From Oscillospiraceae bacterium (lineage in GTDB: Bacteria; Bacillota; Clostridia; Oscillospirales; UBA929): a stretch of DNA of 57,250 bases. The stretch covers positions 1-57,250 of the forward strand of contig WRMG01000004.1 in NCBI GenBank assembly GCA_009777255.1, given 5' to 3'. A model generated the notes under the pieces. The model had not been told where the DNA came from and did no database searches. It saw nothing but the letters and a program-made list of their open reading frames with translations. A program made the position numbers and the translations under genes. Shown here in pieces: positions 37,626 to 46,581 of this stretch (the stretch's first letter is position 1; every line of letters begins with the position of its first letter).

Positions 37626-38579
37626 CTAATTGTCTTTGTTCTCCTCGGTGATTTTCTCGAAGTATGAGTTTATTCTGCTGGCAAAATCCTGCGCGGCGTT
37701 GTAGCCCAGCTTTTTATGGCGGTTGTTCATCGCCGCGACCTCTATTATTACCGCTAGGTTTCTGCCCGGCTTGACCGGCACGACCAAGAGCGGTATGCGC
37801 ACGTCGAGGATGTCGATAAACTGGTCGTCAAGCCCCAGCCTGTCATAGGCGCTGTTATCCTGCCACGGCTCGATGTTTATCACGAGATCGACCTTCTCCG
37901 TCGGCTTGACGGCGCCCATGCCGAAGATCCGGCGCACATCGACGACGCCGATGCCCCTCAGCTCTATATAGTGCCTTATAAGCTCGGGCGCGGAGCCTAC
38001 CAGCGTTTTCGCCGACACCTTTTTTATCTCGACGGCGTCGTCGGCGATAAGCCTGTGCCCGCGCTTGACCAGCTCCAGCGCCGTTTCGGATTTGCCCACG
38101 CCGCTCTCGCCCAGCAGAAGTATACCCTCGCCGTAAACCTCGACCAAGACGCCGTGCCTTGTGATACGGGGCGCGAGAGCGATGTTCAGCGACGCGATGA
38201 GCGCGCTTATCAGGCGCGACGTCGTATCGTTGGTTCGCAGCAGCGGTATCCTATATTTCTCCGCGAGCGTGAGCAGCTCGGGGTACGGCGCGTAGCCGCC
38301 CGACACTATTACGCAGGGGATATGCTTGCTCATCAGCTTTTCGAGCGCCTTGTAGCGCTGCTCCGGCTTGAAGCGGCTGATAAAGGTCATCTCGACCTTG
38401 CCCATGACCTGTATGCGGCTCGCGTCGAAGTAGTCAAAGAAGCCCGCGAGCTGCAAGCCCGGGCGGTTTACATTGTCCGATACCACTATGATCTCGTCAA
38501 GGTTTTCCGGCGCGTATGCTATCGAGAGGTTGAACTCCCTGATAATATCCGTCAGCCGCACCTGAAACAAATTTTCCAT
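37626..38579 (-). CDS. hprK: HPr kinase/phosphorylase
   Basis: NRPGLQLAGFF, HGVLVEVYGEG, GESGVGKSE, LIADD, PVKPGRN. Confidence 0.97.
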   Translation of the reverse strand: MENLFQVRLTDIIREFNLSIAYAPENLDEIIVVSDNVNRPGLQLAGFFDYFDASRIQVMGKVEMTFISRFKPEQRYKALEKLMSKHIPCVIVSGGYAPYPELLTLAEKYRIPLLRTNDTTSRLISALIASLNIALAPRITRHGVLVEVYGEGILLLGESGVGKSETALELVKRGHRLIADDAVEIKKVSAKTLVGSAPELIRHYIELRGIGVVDVRRIFGMGAVKPTEKVDLVINIEPWQDNSAYDRLGLDDQFIDILDVRIPLLVVPVKPGRNLAVIIEVAAMNNRHKKLGYNAAQDFASRINSYFEKITEENKDN

Positions 38580-38675
38580 GGCGATTCCCCCACGACACAG
38601 TATACACCCAAATATAAAAAACGTCAAGTAGGGCGTGACGCCCCGGCACGCCGTTTTTGTGCGCAGGCGTTAAAG

Positions 38676-38710
38676 ATGTCCGTCTATGTCGCTTATAGCT
38701 GTGGTATGTT
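38676..38710 (+). promoter_or_regulatory. Putative activator-dependent promoter of the capsid module
   Basis: ATGTC direct repeats 10 bp apart (38676, 38686) in place of a -35, then TG-n-TATGTT. Confidence 0.4.
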
Positions 38711-38750
38711 TTATACGCAAGGATGCTTAATACAAAAAAGGAGAGATACC

Positions 38751-39158
38751 ATGAACAAATGTGATGAAACCGCGGCGGATACCGTCATTGAAACGGCCGC
38801 TGACGGCGAAACCATCGAAACCCCTATGGACGTTGACGACGACATTGCGGATTTCAGGCAGGCGTACCCCGGCGTGCGGCTGGACAAGCTTGTCACGTCG
38901 CCCGCGTTTTTGAGCTTCGGCAAAAACCGTTTCGGCATCGAGCCGTTTAAGGAGATTTACAAGGAATACAAGGAGCTTGTAAGGATCATCGAAGGCGAGG
39001 CGCTGGCCAGACGGGAGAGGCGCAGCAGACGCTCGACGGGCAGCGGGCAGTCCGAGCCGTTTACGGGGCTGAGCCGCGAACAGACAGAACAGCTGGATTT
39101 GTGGAACAAGACATACCCGCATCTCAGAATGACCGCAAACGAATTTTTGAACAGATAG
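38751..39158 (+). CDS. Putative phage head scaffolding-like protein
   Basis: 135 aa; acidic N-terminus, DFRQAYPGV, helical middle, STGS, LSREQ...MTANEF tail typical of scaffolds; AAGGAG RBS; lies upstream of the capsid gene. Confidence 0.6.
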   Translation: MNKCDETAADTVIETAADGETIETPMDVDDDIADFRQAYPGVRLDKLVTSPAFLSFGKNRFGIEPFKEIYKEYKELVRIIEGEALARRERRSRRSTGSGQSEPFTGLSREQTEQLDLWNKTYPHLRMTANEFLNR

Positions 39159-39175
39159 AAGGAGGAATTTATATT

Positions 39176-39817
39176 ATGAACCCCAGTTTTGACCTTTCGG
39201 GCTCGCAGGTGCGTCAGGCGCGAGAGTATCCCATTGACGGGAGTACGGTTATAATCAGCGGGCAGACCGTGGCCCTGGCCGACGGCAAAGTCGTCGCCGC
39301 GCCGCCCTCGGCGGCCGCGGTGCTGGGCGTCGCCGCCGAAAACCATCTCGGCGTAAGCGACGCGTTCAACCCGCGCTCCAACGGCGGAGCTATCAAGGTT
39401 TACGACTCGCCCACGCAGGTATATGTCTGCAAGACGCCGGAATACACCGTGCTGACAGGCGATACGGACTTCTTCACCTGCGCCGCGAAAACGGCGGGCC
39501 TGAAAAACGGCCGCGCCAAGCTTGTGGACAAGGAAGCCGGTTCAACGAACAAGGACCCGCTCGGCACGGCCTATAACATAATCAGCTCCGAGGCGAACGG
39601 CAAAATCACCATCGACCGCGGCGAAGGCGGCGGGCAGATAGCGGCCGGCGACGTGTTCGAGCTGTATCCGCCGGTGGGCTATGCGACCGGCAAATTAAAC
39701 GCGAAGCTCTGCGGGATAAGCCTTGACGCCGAGCTTGCCGATTCGGCGCTCACCGTCGTCGGGCATGTGCCCGGGCTTGGGCTGACCGAGATTAAACTGA
39801 AAACCATTTTCGCGTAA
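39176..39817 (+). CDS. Putative capsid decoration/cement-like protein
   Basis: 213 aa; EYPI...I.SGQTVAL..GKVVAA...VLGVAAE...IKVYDSP..VY pattern; AGGAGG RBS; immediately precedes the major capsid gene. Confidence 0.55.
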   Translation: MNPSFDLSGSQVRQAREYPIDGSTVIISGQTVALADGKVVAAPPSAAAVLGVAAENHLGVSDAFNPRSNGGAIKVYDSPTQVYVCKTPEYTVLTGDTDFFTCAAKTAGLKNGRAKLVDKEAGSTNKDPLGTAYNIISSEANGKITIDRGEGGGQIAAGDVFELYPPVGYATGKLNAKLCGISLDAELADSALTVVGHVPGLGLTEIKLKTIFA

Positions 39818-39831
39818 GGAGGAAAAAAAGA

Positions 39832-40782
39832 ATGAATACAACCGCATGGAAAAGCGACAACCATAAATTCGTGGGCAAGGCGTTTGAGATCGCCTATAAT
39901 AACCGTATGAGCGCTCTGAAGGAGATCTGCGGCGAAGTAAGCGACAATAACACCGCCGATTACACGCTGGAGGGGCTGGGCGGCTTTCACGAGTACGCGC
40001 CGTATAACGGCACGACCCTTACCGCCGGCACCTGTAAGCGCGGCTTTTCAACCATCATCATCCCCAGAGAGTTCAACCTGTCGGTTGATATAGGCTATAT
40101 GGAGGCGAAGACCGATCAGATCGGCGTCACGCGTAAGGCCGGAGCGCAGCTCGGCAATTCCGGCGCGATGACCGTTTACGCGCATCTGCTCAGGCTGTTC
40201 GGCGGCGCGTTCAATAAGGACATGCCGGGCGGCGACGGCCGGCCCTGGGCCAGCGACAAGCACTGGCAGGCGTCAAAGGGCAGCGCCAACCGCGTGAGTC
40301 TTCCCGACGAGGCGGCGGGGACCTTCTCGAACATGATAAAAGAGGAACTCTCAACTGCCGCCATAACCAAGGCGCAGATACTGGCCTCGCGCTTTGTAAC
40401 GCCCGACGGGCTGCCGTTTTTGTGCGAGATGGACACGCTGCTTGTCTCGCCGGAGCTTGAGCCCAAGGCCAAGGAGCTGTGCGGCGTGAACGCCAAGCTG
40501 GCGCCCGTGCTTAACCCCGACGGCGATACGAACGCCGCCAACCCCATTTACGGTATGCGCTATCTTGTAATCGGCGGCGGGCGCGACGGCTTTACAAAAA
40601 ATCAGTGGGCCGTCTGCGACTCAAGGCTTATGAAGGAAACCGTTATGCTGGTGTATAACGAGAAGCCGCGCGTGCTGCAAATCGAGCTTGACAACCCGCT
40701 GATCGACCGCTATGTCGGCTATGCCTGCTTCGGAGTGGGCTGGGGCGACGCGAGGAGCATCATCTTCTCCACCGGCGGCTGA
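39832..40782 (+). CDS. Major capsid protein, Mu gpT-like (HK97 fold)
   Basis: 316 aa; GLGGF, GGDGRPWASDKH, DGLP....DTLLVSPELE..A, NAANP, terminal FGVGWGDARSIIFSTG; AAGGAGG RBS. Confidence 0.8.
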   Translation: MNTTAWKSDNHKFVGKAFEIAYNNRMSALKEICGEVSDNNTADYTLEGLGGFHEYAPYNGTTLTAGTCKRGFSTIIIPREFNLSVDIGYMEAKTDQIGVTRKAGAQLGNSGAMTVYAHLLRLFGGAFNKDMPGGDGRPWASDKHWQASKGSANRVSLPDEAAGTFSNMIKEELSTAAITKAQILASRFVTPDGLPFLCEMDTLLVSPELEPKAKELCGVNAKLAPVLNPDGDTNAANPIYGMRYLVIGGGRDGFTKNQWAVCDSRLMKETVMLVYNEKPRVLQIELDNPLIDRYVGYACFGVGWGDARSIIFSTGG

Positions 40783-40807
40783 GCTTAACCGACCGCCGAT
40801 CCCCGCG

Positions 40808-40839
40808 AAAAAACGACCGCTGAATGCGGTCGTATTTTT
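40808..40839 (+). terminator. Terminator closing the capsid module
   Basis: ACGACCGC-TGAAT-GCGGTCGT followed by ATTTTT. Confidence 0.75.
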
Positions 40840-40937
40840 CGCCATACCCACCTCTCATAGTAATTATAGGACACATTGTCCTTTTTGTCAATAGGAATAT
40901 TTGTCCAGCATTATAATTGTTGCGGTGGTGACAAATT

Positions 40938-41165
40938 ATGAACCTTAGAATCCGCGATATACGGGAGGATAACGACTTGAAACAGCGGCAAGTCGCGGAT
41001 TATTTACAATGCGACCAGTCCCTCTATTCCAAATATGAGAGATGCGAACGCGAAATTCCTTTGCAATTAGTCTGCAAACTGGCACTATACTATGAAACCA
41101 GCATTGATTATCTTGTGGGGCTTACTGATGACCCAAAGCCATATAGGCGGCGCAAAGGGGTGTAG
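40938..41165 (+). CDS. XRE-family HTH transcriptional regulator
   Basis: RIRDIREDNDLKQRQVADYL...YSKYER.EREIP...SIDYLVGLTD. Confidence 0.92.
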   Translation: MNLRIRDIREDNDLKQRQVADYLQCDQSLYSKYERCEREIPLQLVCKLALYYETSIDYLVGLTDDPKPYRRRKGV

Positions 41166-41333
41166 TTACAAGTTATAAGTTACAAGTTATAAGTTATAAG
41201 TTACAAGAGGACGGGGGGACGGGGGGACGAAAAACGGCGCGATGAGGACATCGCGCCCTACGGACGGGGGCCCTGCGGGGCCGGGTGTTTTTCCCCTGCG
41301 GGGGCGTTTTATTTTTTCATGTGTCAGCCCTGC
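41164..41333. repeat. Composite repeat: six heptamers, G-runs, GTAG-REP and a partial DUF559-type repeat
   Basis: AGTTACA/AGTTATA x6 (41164-41205), AGAGGACGGGGGGACGGGGGG, a REP identical to 25630, then a close reverse complement of about 25669-25733. Confidence 0.85.
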
Positions 41334-41434
41334 AATTTGTTTATTTTAGTATTGCTTTCAAAAACAATATGTGTTACAATGCTGGAATAGAGTGCCGGTC
41401 ATGGCCGGTTAATAATTATAAAGGGGAGATACAC

Positions 41435-42808
41435 TTGGAAAACCGGGAAAAATTTTCAACGCGGCTCGGGTTCATTCTGCTTTCGGTCGGCTGCGCGGTC
41501 GGACTGGGCAACATATGGCGGTTCCCGTATATCACCGGACAATACGGCGGAGCGCTGTTTGTGCTGATTTATCTCGCTTTCGTCATTATGATGGGAATAC
41601 CTATCATGACCATGGAGTTCTCGGTCGGGCGCGCGAGCCAGAGAAGCGCCGCGACATCCTTCCATGTGCTGGAGCCTAAGGGTTCCAAGTGGCATATATT
41701 CAGCTGGTTCGCCATGGCGGGCAACTATCTGCTGATGATGTTCTACACAACGATCTCCGGCTGGATACTGTTCTATTTCTTCTATATGATCCGCGGCGAT
41801 TTTGTGGGGCTTACGCCGGATCAGGTGGGCGCCAATTTCGGCGCGCATGTCGGAAGCCCGTTTAACAACATCATGGGTATGATTCTCGTTTGCGCCATAG
41901 GGTTCCTCATCTGCGCCATCGGGCTTAGAAAGGGCGTTGAGCGTATCACAAAAATCATGATGTCGTGTTTGTTCATCATCATGATAATACTCGCGGTGCG
42001 CGCGGTGACGCTGCCCGGCGCGGCCGAGGGGCTGCGCTTTTATCTGGTCCCGAATCTCGACGCCGTCCGTGAATACGGGCTGGGAGAGATTCTGTTCGCG
42101 GCTATGGGTCAGGCGTTCTTCACGCTCAGCCTCGGCATTGGCAGCATGGCTATTTTCGGCAGCTATATCGGCAAGGAGCGCAGCCTGATGGGCGAGAGCG
42201 TGAACGTAGTCGCGCTGGATACCTTCGCGGCGCTGATGGCCGGCCTTATCATCTTTCCCGCGTGCTTCGCCTTCGGCGTAAACCCGGGCGGCGGCCCCGG
42301 ACTGATTTTCGTCACGCTGCCGAATATCTTTAACGAGATGCCGCTGGGCCGGTTCTGGGGCATACTGTTCTTCCTGTTCCTGCTCTTCGCGGCGTTGTCC
42401 ACGGTCGTCGCCGTGTTTGAGAATATTGTGGCGTTTGCAATGGATAAGCTGGGCTGGGCACGCAAAAAGGCGTCGGTTGTAAACGGCGCCGCCGTGGTAC
42501 TGCTCTCGCTGCCCTGCGCGCTGGGCTTTAACGTGTGGAGCGGCATCCGCCCGTTCGGCGGCGATTCCGCTATCATTGACCTGGAGGACTTTATCCTCTC
42601 CAACAATCTCCTGCCGCTCGGGGCGCTGGTCTATCTGCTGTTCTGCGTATATAAAAGCGGCTGGGGCTGGGAGAATTTCCTCGAGGAGGCGAACAGCGGC
42701 AAGGGGCTGAAGTTCCCGCGCGCCGTCAAGCCGTATGTGCAGTTTGTGCTGCCGATATTATTCGTGGCCGTGTTCGTGTTCGGCTATATCAACTTCTTCT
42801 CCTCCTGA
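41435..42808 (+). CDS. Sodium-dependent transporter (NSS/SNF family)
   Basis: GCAVGLGNIWRFPY, GQAFFTLSLG, GPGLIFVTLP; TTG 41435 after GGGGAG. Confidence 0.95.
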   Translation: MENREKFSTRLGFILLSVGCAVGLGNIWRFPYITGQYGGALFVLIYLAFVIMMGIPIMTMEFSVGRASQRSAATSFHVLEPKGSKWHIFSWFAMAGNYLLMMFYTTISGWILFYFFYMIRGDFVGLTPDQVGANFGAHVGSPFNNIMGMILVCAIGFLICAIGLRKGVERITKIMMSCLFIIMIILAVRAVTLPGAAEGLRFYLVPNLDAVREYGLGEILFAAMGQAFFTLSLGIGSMAIFGSYIGKERSLMGESVNVVALDTFAALMAGLIIFPACFAFGVNPGGGPGLIFVTLPNIFNEMPLGRFWGILFFLFLLFAALSTVVAVFENIVAFAMDKLGWARKKASVVNGAAVVLLSLPCALGFNVWSGIRPFGGDSAIIDLEDFILSNNLLPLGALVYLLFCVYKSGWGWENFLEEANSGKGLKFPRAVKPYVQFVLPILFVAVFVFGYINFFSS

Positions 42809-42821
42809 GAACAGAAAGTGT

Positions 42822-42858
42822 AAGGGACGCCCGCTTTTGCGGGCGTCCCTCAGTTTTT
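42822..42858. terminator. Terminator between convergent genes
   Basis: AGGGACGCCCGC-TTTT-GCGGGCGTCCCT. Confidence 0.8.
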
Positions 42859-42875
42859 ATGGCGAACCGTGACCG

Positions 42876-43715
42876 TCACTTTTTGAATTTAATTTCATCG
42901 AATACACAGAGATCGTAATAGCCCAGCTTGCGGTATATGCCGCGGGAAACGGGATTCGCGGCGTCGGCAAACAGATAGCAGAACTTAAAGCCCCGCTCCA
43001 GCAGCTTCCGCGACAGCTCGGCCGTGACGGAGGAGGCGTAGCCCTTGCCCCTGTAGTGCGGCGGCGTGTATACGCCGTTAATGCCGCCGCCGTTTGGTGT
43101 GTTACGGCCGTTGACGGCCTGTGATACGGGGTGGCCGTCCTCCCAGATGTAATGGCTGTCTTTGCCGAGGCGCGCCTTTAACCGCCCGACATTCTCCTGA
43201 ATACTGTACGTTTCGGTTTTGCAGTCCTCGCTGAAAGCCCTCTCCCAATACGGGGTGTAAAACAAATCGTCCTCGCGCAGGGGACGGCAAAAGCCCGGGG
43301 CTTTTTCAATTTTGCTCACGCTGTCGAGCCGCATGATATTCATGGACATATGGCGGTGAGAGCTGTCGCCCGCGTATGCTTCCGCGAACCGCCGCGCCAG
43401 CCCCTGTTCCGCTACCACGCCGGGCGGAGCGGCTCCCATGGCTTTCAGTTCGTCCGACAGCAATCTGACCGCCGCGCGGTTCGGGCGGTTGCCGGTTTCG
43501 TATAAGACGATGCTGAACGGCGGCGTTTGCGCGGCGGTCAGCACAACGCCGCCGCCGCCGTCTTTGATTGATAACAGCAGCCAGTCCGATGTGTCGCGCC
43601 CCTGCTCATTCAAAATAAAGCTTATGGGAAGATTGTTCTGCACTTCGTTTTCGAGCAGGATTTCAAGCGTATCGGCGCCGAAGGATTTCAAATCAGAGTA
43701 GCGTGTGATTTTCAT
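42876..43715 (-). CDS. GNAT acetyltransferase (FR47-like C-terminal domain)
   Basis: INGVYTPPHYRGKGYAS, LFADAANPVS..IYRKLGY. Confidence 0.88.
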   Translation of the reverse strand: MKITRYSDLKSFGADTLEILLENEVQNNLPISFILNEQGRDTSDWLLLSIKDGGGGVVLTAAQTPPFSIVLYETGNRPNRAAVRLLSDELKAMGAAPPGVVAEQGLARRFAEAYAGDSSHRHMSMNIMRLDSVSKIEKAPGFCRPLREDDLFYTPYWERAFSEDCKTETYSIQENVGRLKARLGKDSHYIWEDGHPVSQAVNGRNTPNGGGINGVYTPPHYRGKGYASSVTAELSRKLLERGFKFCYLFADAANPVSRGIYRKLGYYDLCVFDEIKFKK

Positions 43716-43725
43716 AATCCGTCAC

Positions 43726-44994
43726 TCACGCCGACACCTGTATCCCGCCGGCACGGCGTATGCTCAGCGCGCGGCACGCGCCGCCGCCGAATATCCTGTC
43801 CATCTCCGCGCGGTATTCGTCCAGAAAGGCGTTCGGCACATACGCCTGTATGGTGCCGGCAAAGCCGCCGCCGTGTACGCGCCACGCGCCGCCGCGCTCC
43901 GAGAGCAGGCGCGCGCTGACGGCCAGCGCCAGAGCCAGCTCCTGCCCGTTCGGGCCGGCGGAGATATTCTGAAGGCATGTAAAGGAGCTGCCGCCCGAGG
44001 CGTTGACTAGCCGCAAATATTCCGCGAAGTCGCCGTCCGAAAGGGCGGCGGCTTGCTTTTCCACGTTGGCGCTGTCCTGAAAGAAGTGCATGGCGCGCAG
44101 CGCGGCGCGGTCGCCGGCGGCCGCCCTGACAGACGGCAGAGCGGCATAAAAGCCGTCCGCGTCAACCTCGCGGAGATACTGCTTGCCGAAATATCCGGCG
44201 ACCGCGCGCATCTCGCGGGGGATGGCCGCGTAATCCTCGGTCAAATCGGCATGGGTCCCCTTTGTGTCTATCACGCACAGGCTGAAGCCCGTCGCCGCGA
44301 AGTCAAAACTGACGGGCGTGACGATTGCCTTTTCGGGCGACTTGAAGTCTATATGCACAAAGCCGCCCACCGACGACGCCATCTGGTCCATAAGCCCCGA
44401 CGGCTTGCCGAAATGCTCGTTCTCCGCGTAACGGCCCGCCAGCGCTATCTCTTCGGGCGTCACCGCGCCGCCGTTATACAGGAGGTTAAGCATGCTGCCG
44501 ACGGCGACCTCAAACGCCGCCGAGGAGGACAGCCCCGACCCCGCCAGCACGTCCGAGGTGGTGTAGGCGTCCAGTCCGCCGACGCTGCAGCCGTTTTTAT
44601 AGAACCATTCCGCGACGCCGCGCGCCAGCGCTCCGCCGTGCCCGCGCTCGTCCTTGCGCGGCGTCAGGTCGTCAAGCCCGATAATATCGGGGCGGTGCCC
44701 CTCGGAGCAGATATGCAGGTTTTTCTCCGCTTTCGGCGAGACCACACAGATTATGTCAATGTCCACCGCCGCCGCGAGTACGGACCCGCGCTGGTGGTCG
44801 GTGTGGTTGCCGCCCAGCTCCGTGCGCCCGGGCGCGGACACGAGTATCGCCTCGCGTTCGCCCCAAAGCCGCTCAAACGCCGACACGGCGTTTAGGTAAC
44901 GCGCGCGCGCCGCCGGCACGTCGGCGTACAGCGCTGAAAACGCGCCGTCAAACGCTCCGGTATCAATTTGCCGCCGCAGTTCGGTAGTAGTCAT
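43726..44994 (-). CDS. galK: Galactokinase
   Basis: SAPGRTELGGNHTDH, GSGLSSSAA, GKPSGLMDQ, RVHGGGFAG. Confidence 0.88.
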   Translation of the reverse strand: MTTTELRRQIDTGAFDGAFSALYADVPAARARYLNAVSAFERLWGEREAILVSAPGRTELGGNHTDHQRGSVLAAAVDIDIICVVSPKAEKNLHICSEGHRPDIIGLDDLTPRKDERGHGGALARGVAEWFYKNGCSVGGLDAYTTSDVLAGSGLSSSAAFEVAVGSMLNLLYNGGAVTPEEIALAGRYAENEHFGKPSGLMDQMASSVGGFVHIDFKSPEKAIVTPVSFDFAATGFSLCVIDTKGTHADLTEDYAAIPREMRAVAGYFGKQYLREVDADGFYAALPSVRAAAGDRAALRAMHFFQDSANVEKQAAALSDGDFAEYLRLVNASGGSSFTCLQNISAGPNGQELALALAVSARLLSERGGAWRVHGGGFAGTIQAYVPNAFLDEYRAEMDRIFGGGACRALSIRRAGGIQVSA

Positions 44995-45011
44995 AGATAT
45001 TTCTCCAATCA

Positions 45012-45773
45012 TTAATTTCTTTTTTTATAGCACTCAAGCAGTCCCGTCAGCGTGAGGTTTGGGTCCACGCGCGAGATGCTGTCCGTTTGCTCCGCGATTA
45101 GCCGCGCCAGCCCGCCCGTGGCCACGGCCGTAACGCCGTCAAGCCCCATTTCAGATCTGAAGCGTTTTATTATATATTCCACGCTGCCCACAAATCCGAA
45201 TACGGCGCCGGCCTGCATCTGCTCGACCGTGTTCACGCCGATCGCGCGCTCGGGCTTTTTCAGCTCTATGCGCGGCAGCTTCGCGGCTTTCTCGAACAGC
45301 GCCTCCATTGATATGCTCACGCCCGGGCATATCACGCCACCCATATATTCGCCATTGGCGTTAAGGGCGTCTATCTTTGTCGCCGTCCCGAAATCCACGA
45401 CGATACACGGGCTGCCGTATTTTTCGCGCGCGCCTGTAAGCGTGACCGCCCTGTCAACTCCCAAGGGTTCGTCGCATAGATTGGTAACGGGCACCTCAAG
45501 CGTTTCGCCCGCGATAAGGGGCGAGATTCCGAGGTACTTATCGACGGCGTGGCGCAGCGTGTACATAATCTGCGGCACGACCGAGCAGACGGCCACATCC
45601 GCTATGTCCCTGAGGTTAAAGCCGAAATGCGCGCAAAATTGGGAGATGGTAAGACCTATCTCATCGGCGGTGCGCGCCGTTACGGTCGAGAGCCTGAATT
45701 TGGCGACGATGCCGCCGCAGCTGAACAAGCCGAACACCATATTGGTATTTCCAACGTCAATCGTTAATAGCAT
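45012..45773 (-). CDS. coaX: Type III pantothenate kinase
   Basis: IDVGNTN, SVVP, LGVDR, VVDFGTAT, GGVICPG, ATGG, LTLTGL. Confidence 0.95.
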   Translation of the reverse strand: MLLTIDVGNTNMVFGLFSCGGIVAKFRLSTVTARTADEIGLTISQFCAHFGFNLRDIADVAVCSVVPQIMYTLRHAVDKYLGISPLIAGETLEVPVTNLCDEPLGVDRAVTLTGAREKYGSPCIVVDFGTATKIDALNANGEYMGGVICPGVSISMEALFEKAAKLPRIELKKPERAIGVNTVEQMQAGAVFGFVGSVEYIIKRFRSEMGLDGVTAVATGGLARLIAEQTDSISRVDPNLTLTGLLECYKKRN

Positions 45774-45789
45774 TGTAAAAACCCCTATT

Positions 45790-45817
45790 CACAATTTGAG
45801 CGACCCTCACATATAAT
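45790..45817 (+). promoter_or_regulatory. Putative sigmaK (late mother-cell) promoter
   Basis: CACA-16 bp-CATATAAT, matching the sigmaK pattern AC-N16-CATAnnnT. Confidence 0.5.
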
Positions 45818-45862
45818 ATCATAAGCGCGAGTATTCCGCAATACAGAATACGAGGTGATCAA

Positions 45863-46147
45863 GTGAGCAACAGTAATTTGGAGTTTTTAGCGAAAAATCT
45901 GCTGGCGAAGGGCAAGAATACCGTCCCCGGCATCGACAAGTATATGGGTATTTTAGATACCGAGGAGGGCAAAAGACTGCTCGGGCAGCTCTCCGCGAAC
46001 GGCGGGGACTCGCTGAAAAGCGCCGCGCAAAAGGCGGCAGGCGGCGATACCGCCGCCACAAAGGATTTAATTAAGACCATATTATCAAGCAAAGAGGGCA
46101 AGGCGCTTGCCGCTCAGGTAATGGAAATCAACAAGAAGAGCAAATAA
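45863..46147 (+). CDS. Hypothetical small helical protein (possibly sporulation-related)
   Basis: GAGGTG RBS; internal duplication ILDTEEGKRL / ILSSKEGKAL. Confidence 0.7.
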   Translation: MSNSNLEFLAKNLLAKGKNTVPGIDKYMGILDTEEGKRLLGQLSANGGDSLKSAAQKAAGGDTAATKDLIKTILSSKEGKALAAQVMEINKKSK

Positions 46148-46164
46148 GATCAGGGGCGATTGAC

Positions 46165-46578
46165 TTGGATAATTTTGAAGAAAAACTTAATGCCGTGTTA
46201 TCGTCGCCCGAGGCTATGGACAAGGTGATGAACGCGGCGCGCTCGCTGGGCGGCGGTTCCGGCGACCCCGCGCCGCCGTCGGCGGAAAAGGCGGCGCAGG
46301 CGCCCGATCTTTCGGCCCTGCTGGGCGGACTGACCGGCGAGAACGGCATCGACCCGAATCTGATGGCAAACGCGGCGCGGCTGCTCGGGGCGTATAACAA
46401 AGGCAGCGATCCGCAGAAATCCGCGCTTATGCAGGCCGTCAAGCCGTATTTGCGGCCCGCCAGACGCGAACGCGTGGACAAAGCGATACAGACGCTTAAA
46501 TTTGCCAATGTCGCAAGAGAGGCTTTGGGGACCGATATATTCGGCAACCTGCTCGGCGGTCTGCTGGGAAAGAGATAG
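46165..46578 (+). CDS. Hypothetical protein (possibly spore-coat-related)
   Basis: EKLNAVLSSPEAMDKV...ALMQAVKPYLRP.RRERVDKAI. Confidence 0.7.
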   Translation: MDNFEEKLNAVLSSPEAMDKVMNAARSLGGGSGDPAPPSAEKAAQAPDLSALLGGLTGENGIDPNLMANAARLLGAYNKGSDPQKSALMQAVKPYLRPARRERVDKAIQTLKFANVAREALGTDIFGNLLGGLLGKR

Positions 46579-46581
46579 GAT

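Noticed and set aside
37971-38750. N-terminal 260 aa of the 395-aa ORF 37971..39158
   Set aside because: Antisense shadow of hprK; the real start is ATG 38751 with an AAGGAG RBS.
38751-41165. Complete prophage
   Set aside because: No integrase, terminase, portal, tail or lysis genes, and the flanks are housekeeping. The XRE gene is a common stand-alone type beyond the terminator, so I do not assume it belongs to the module.
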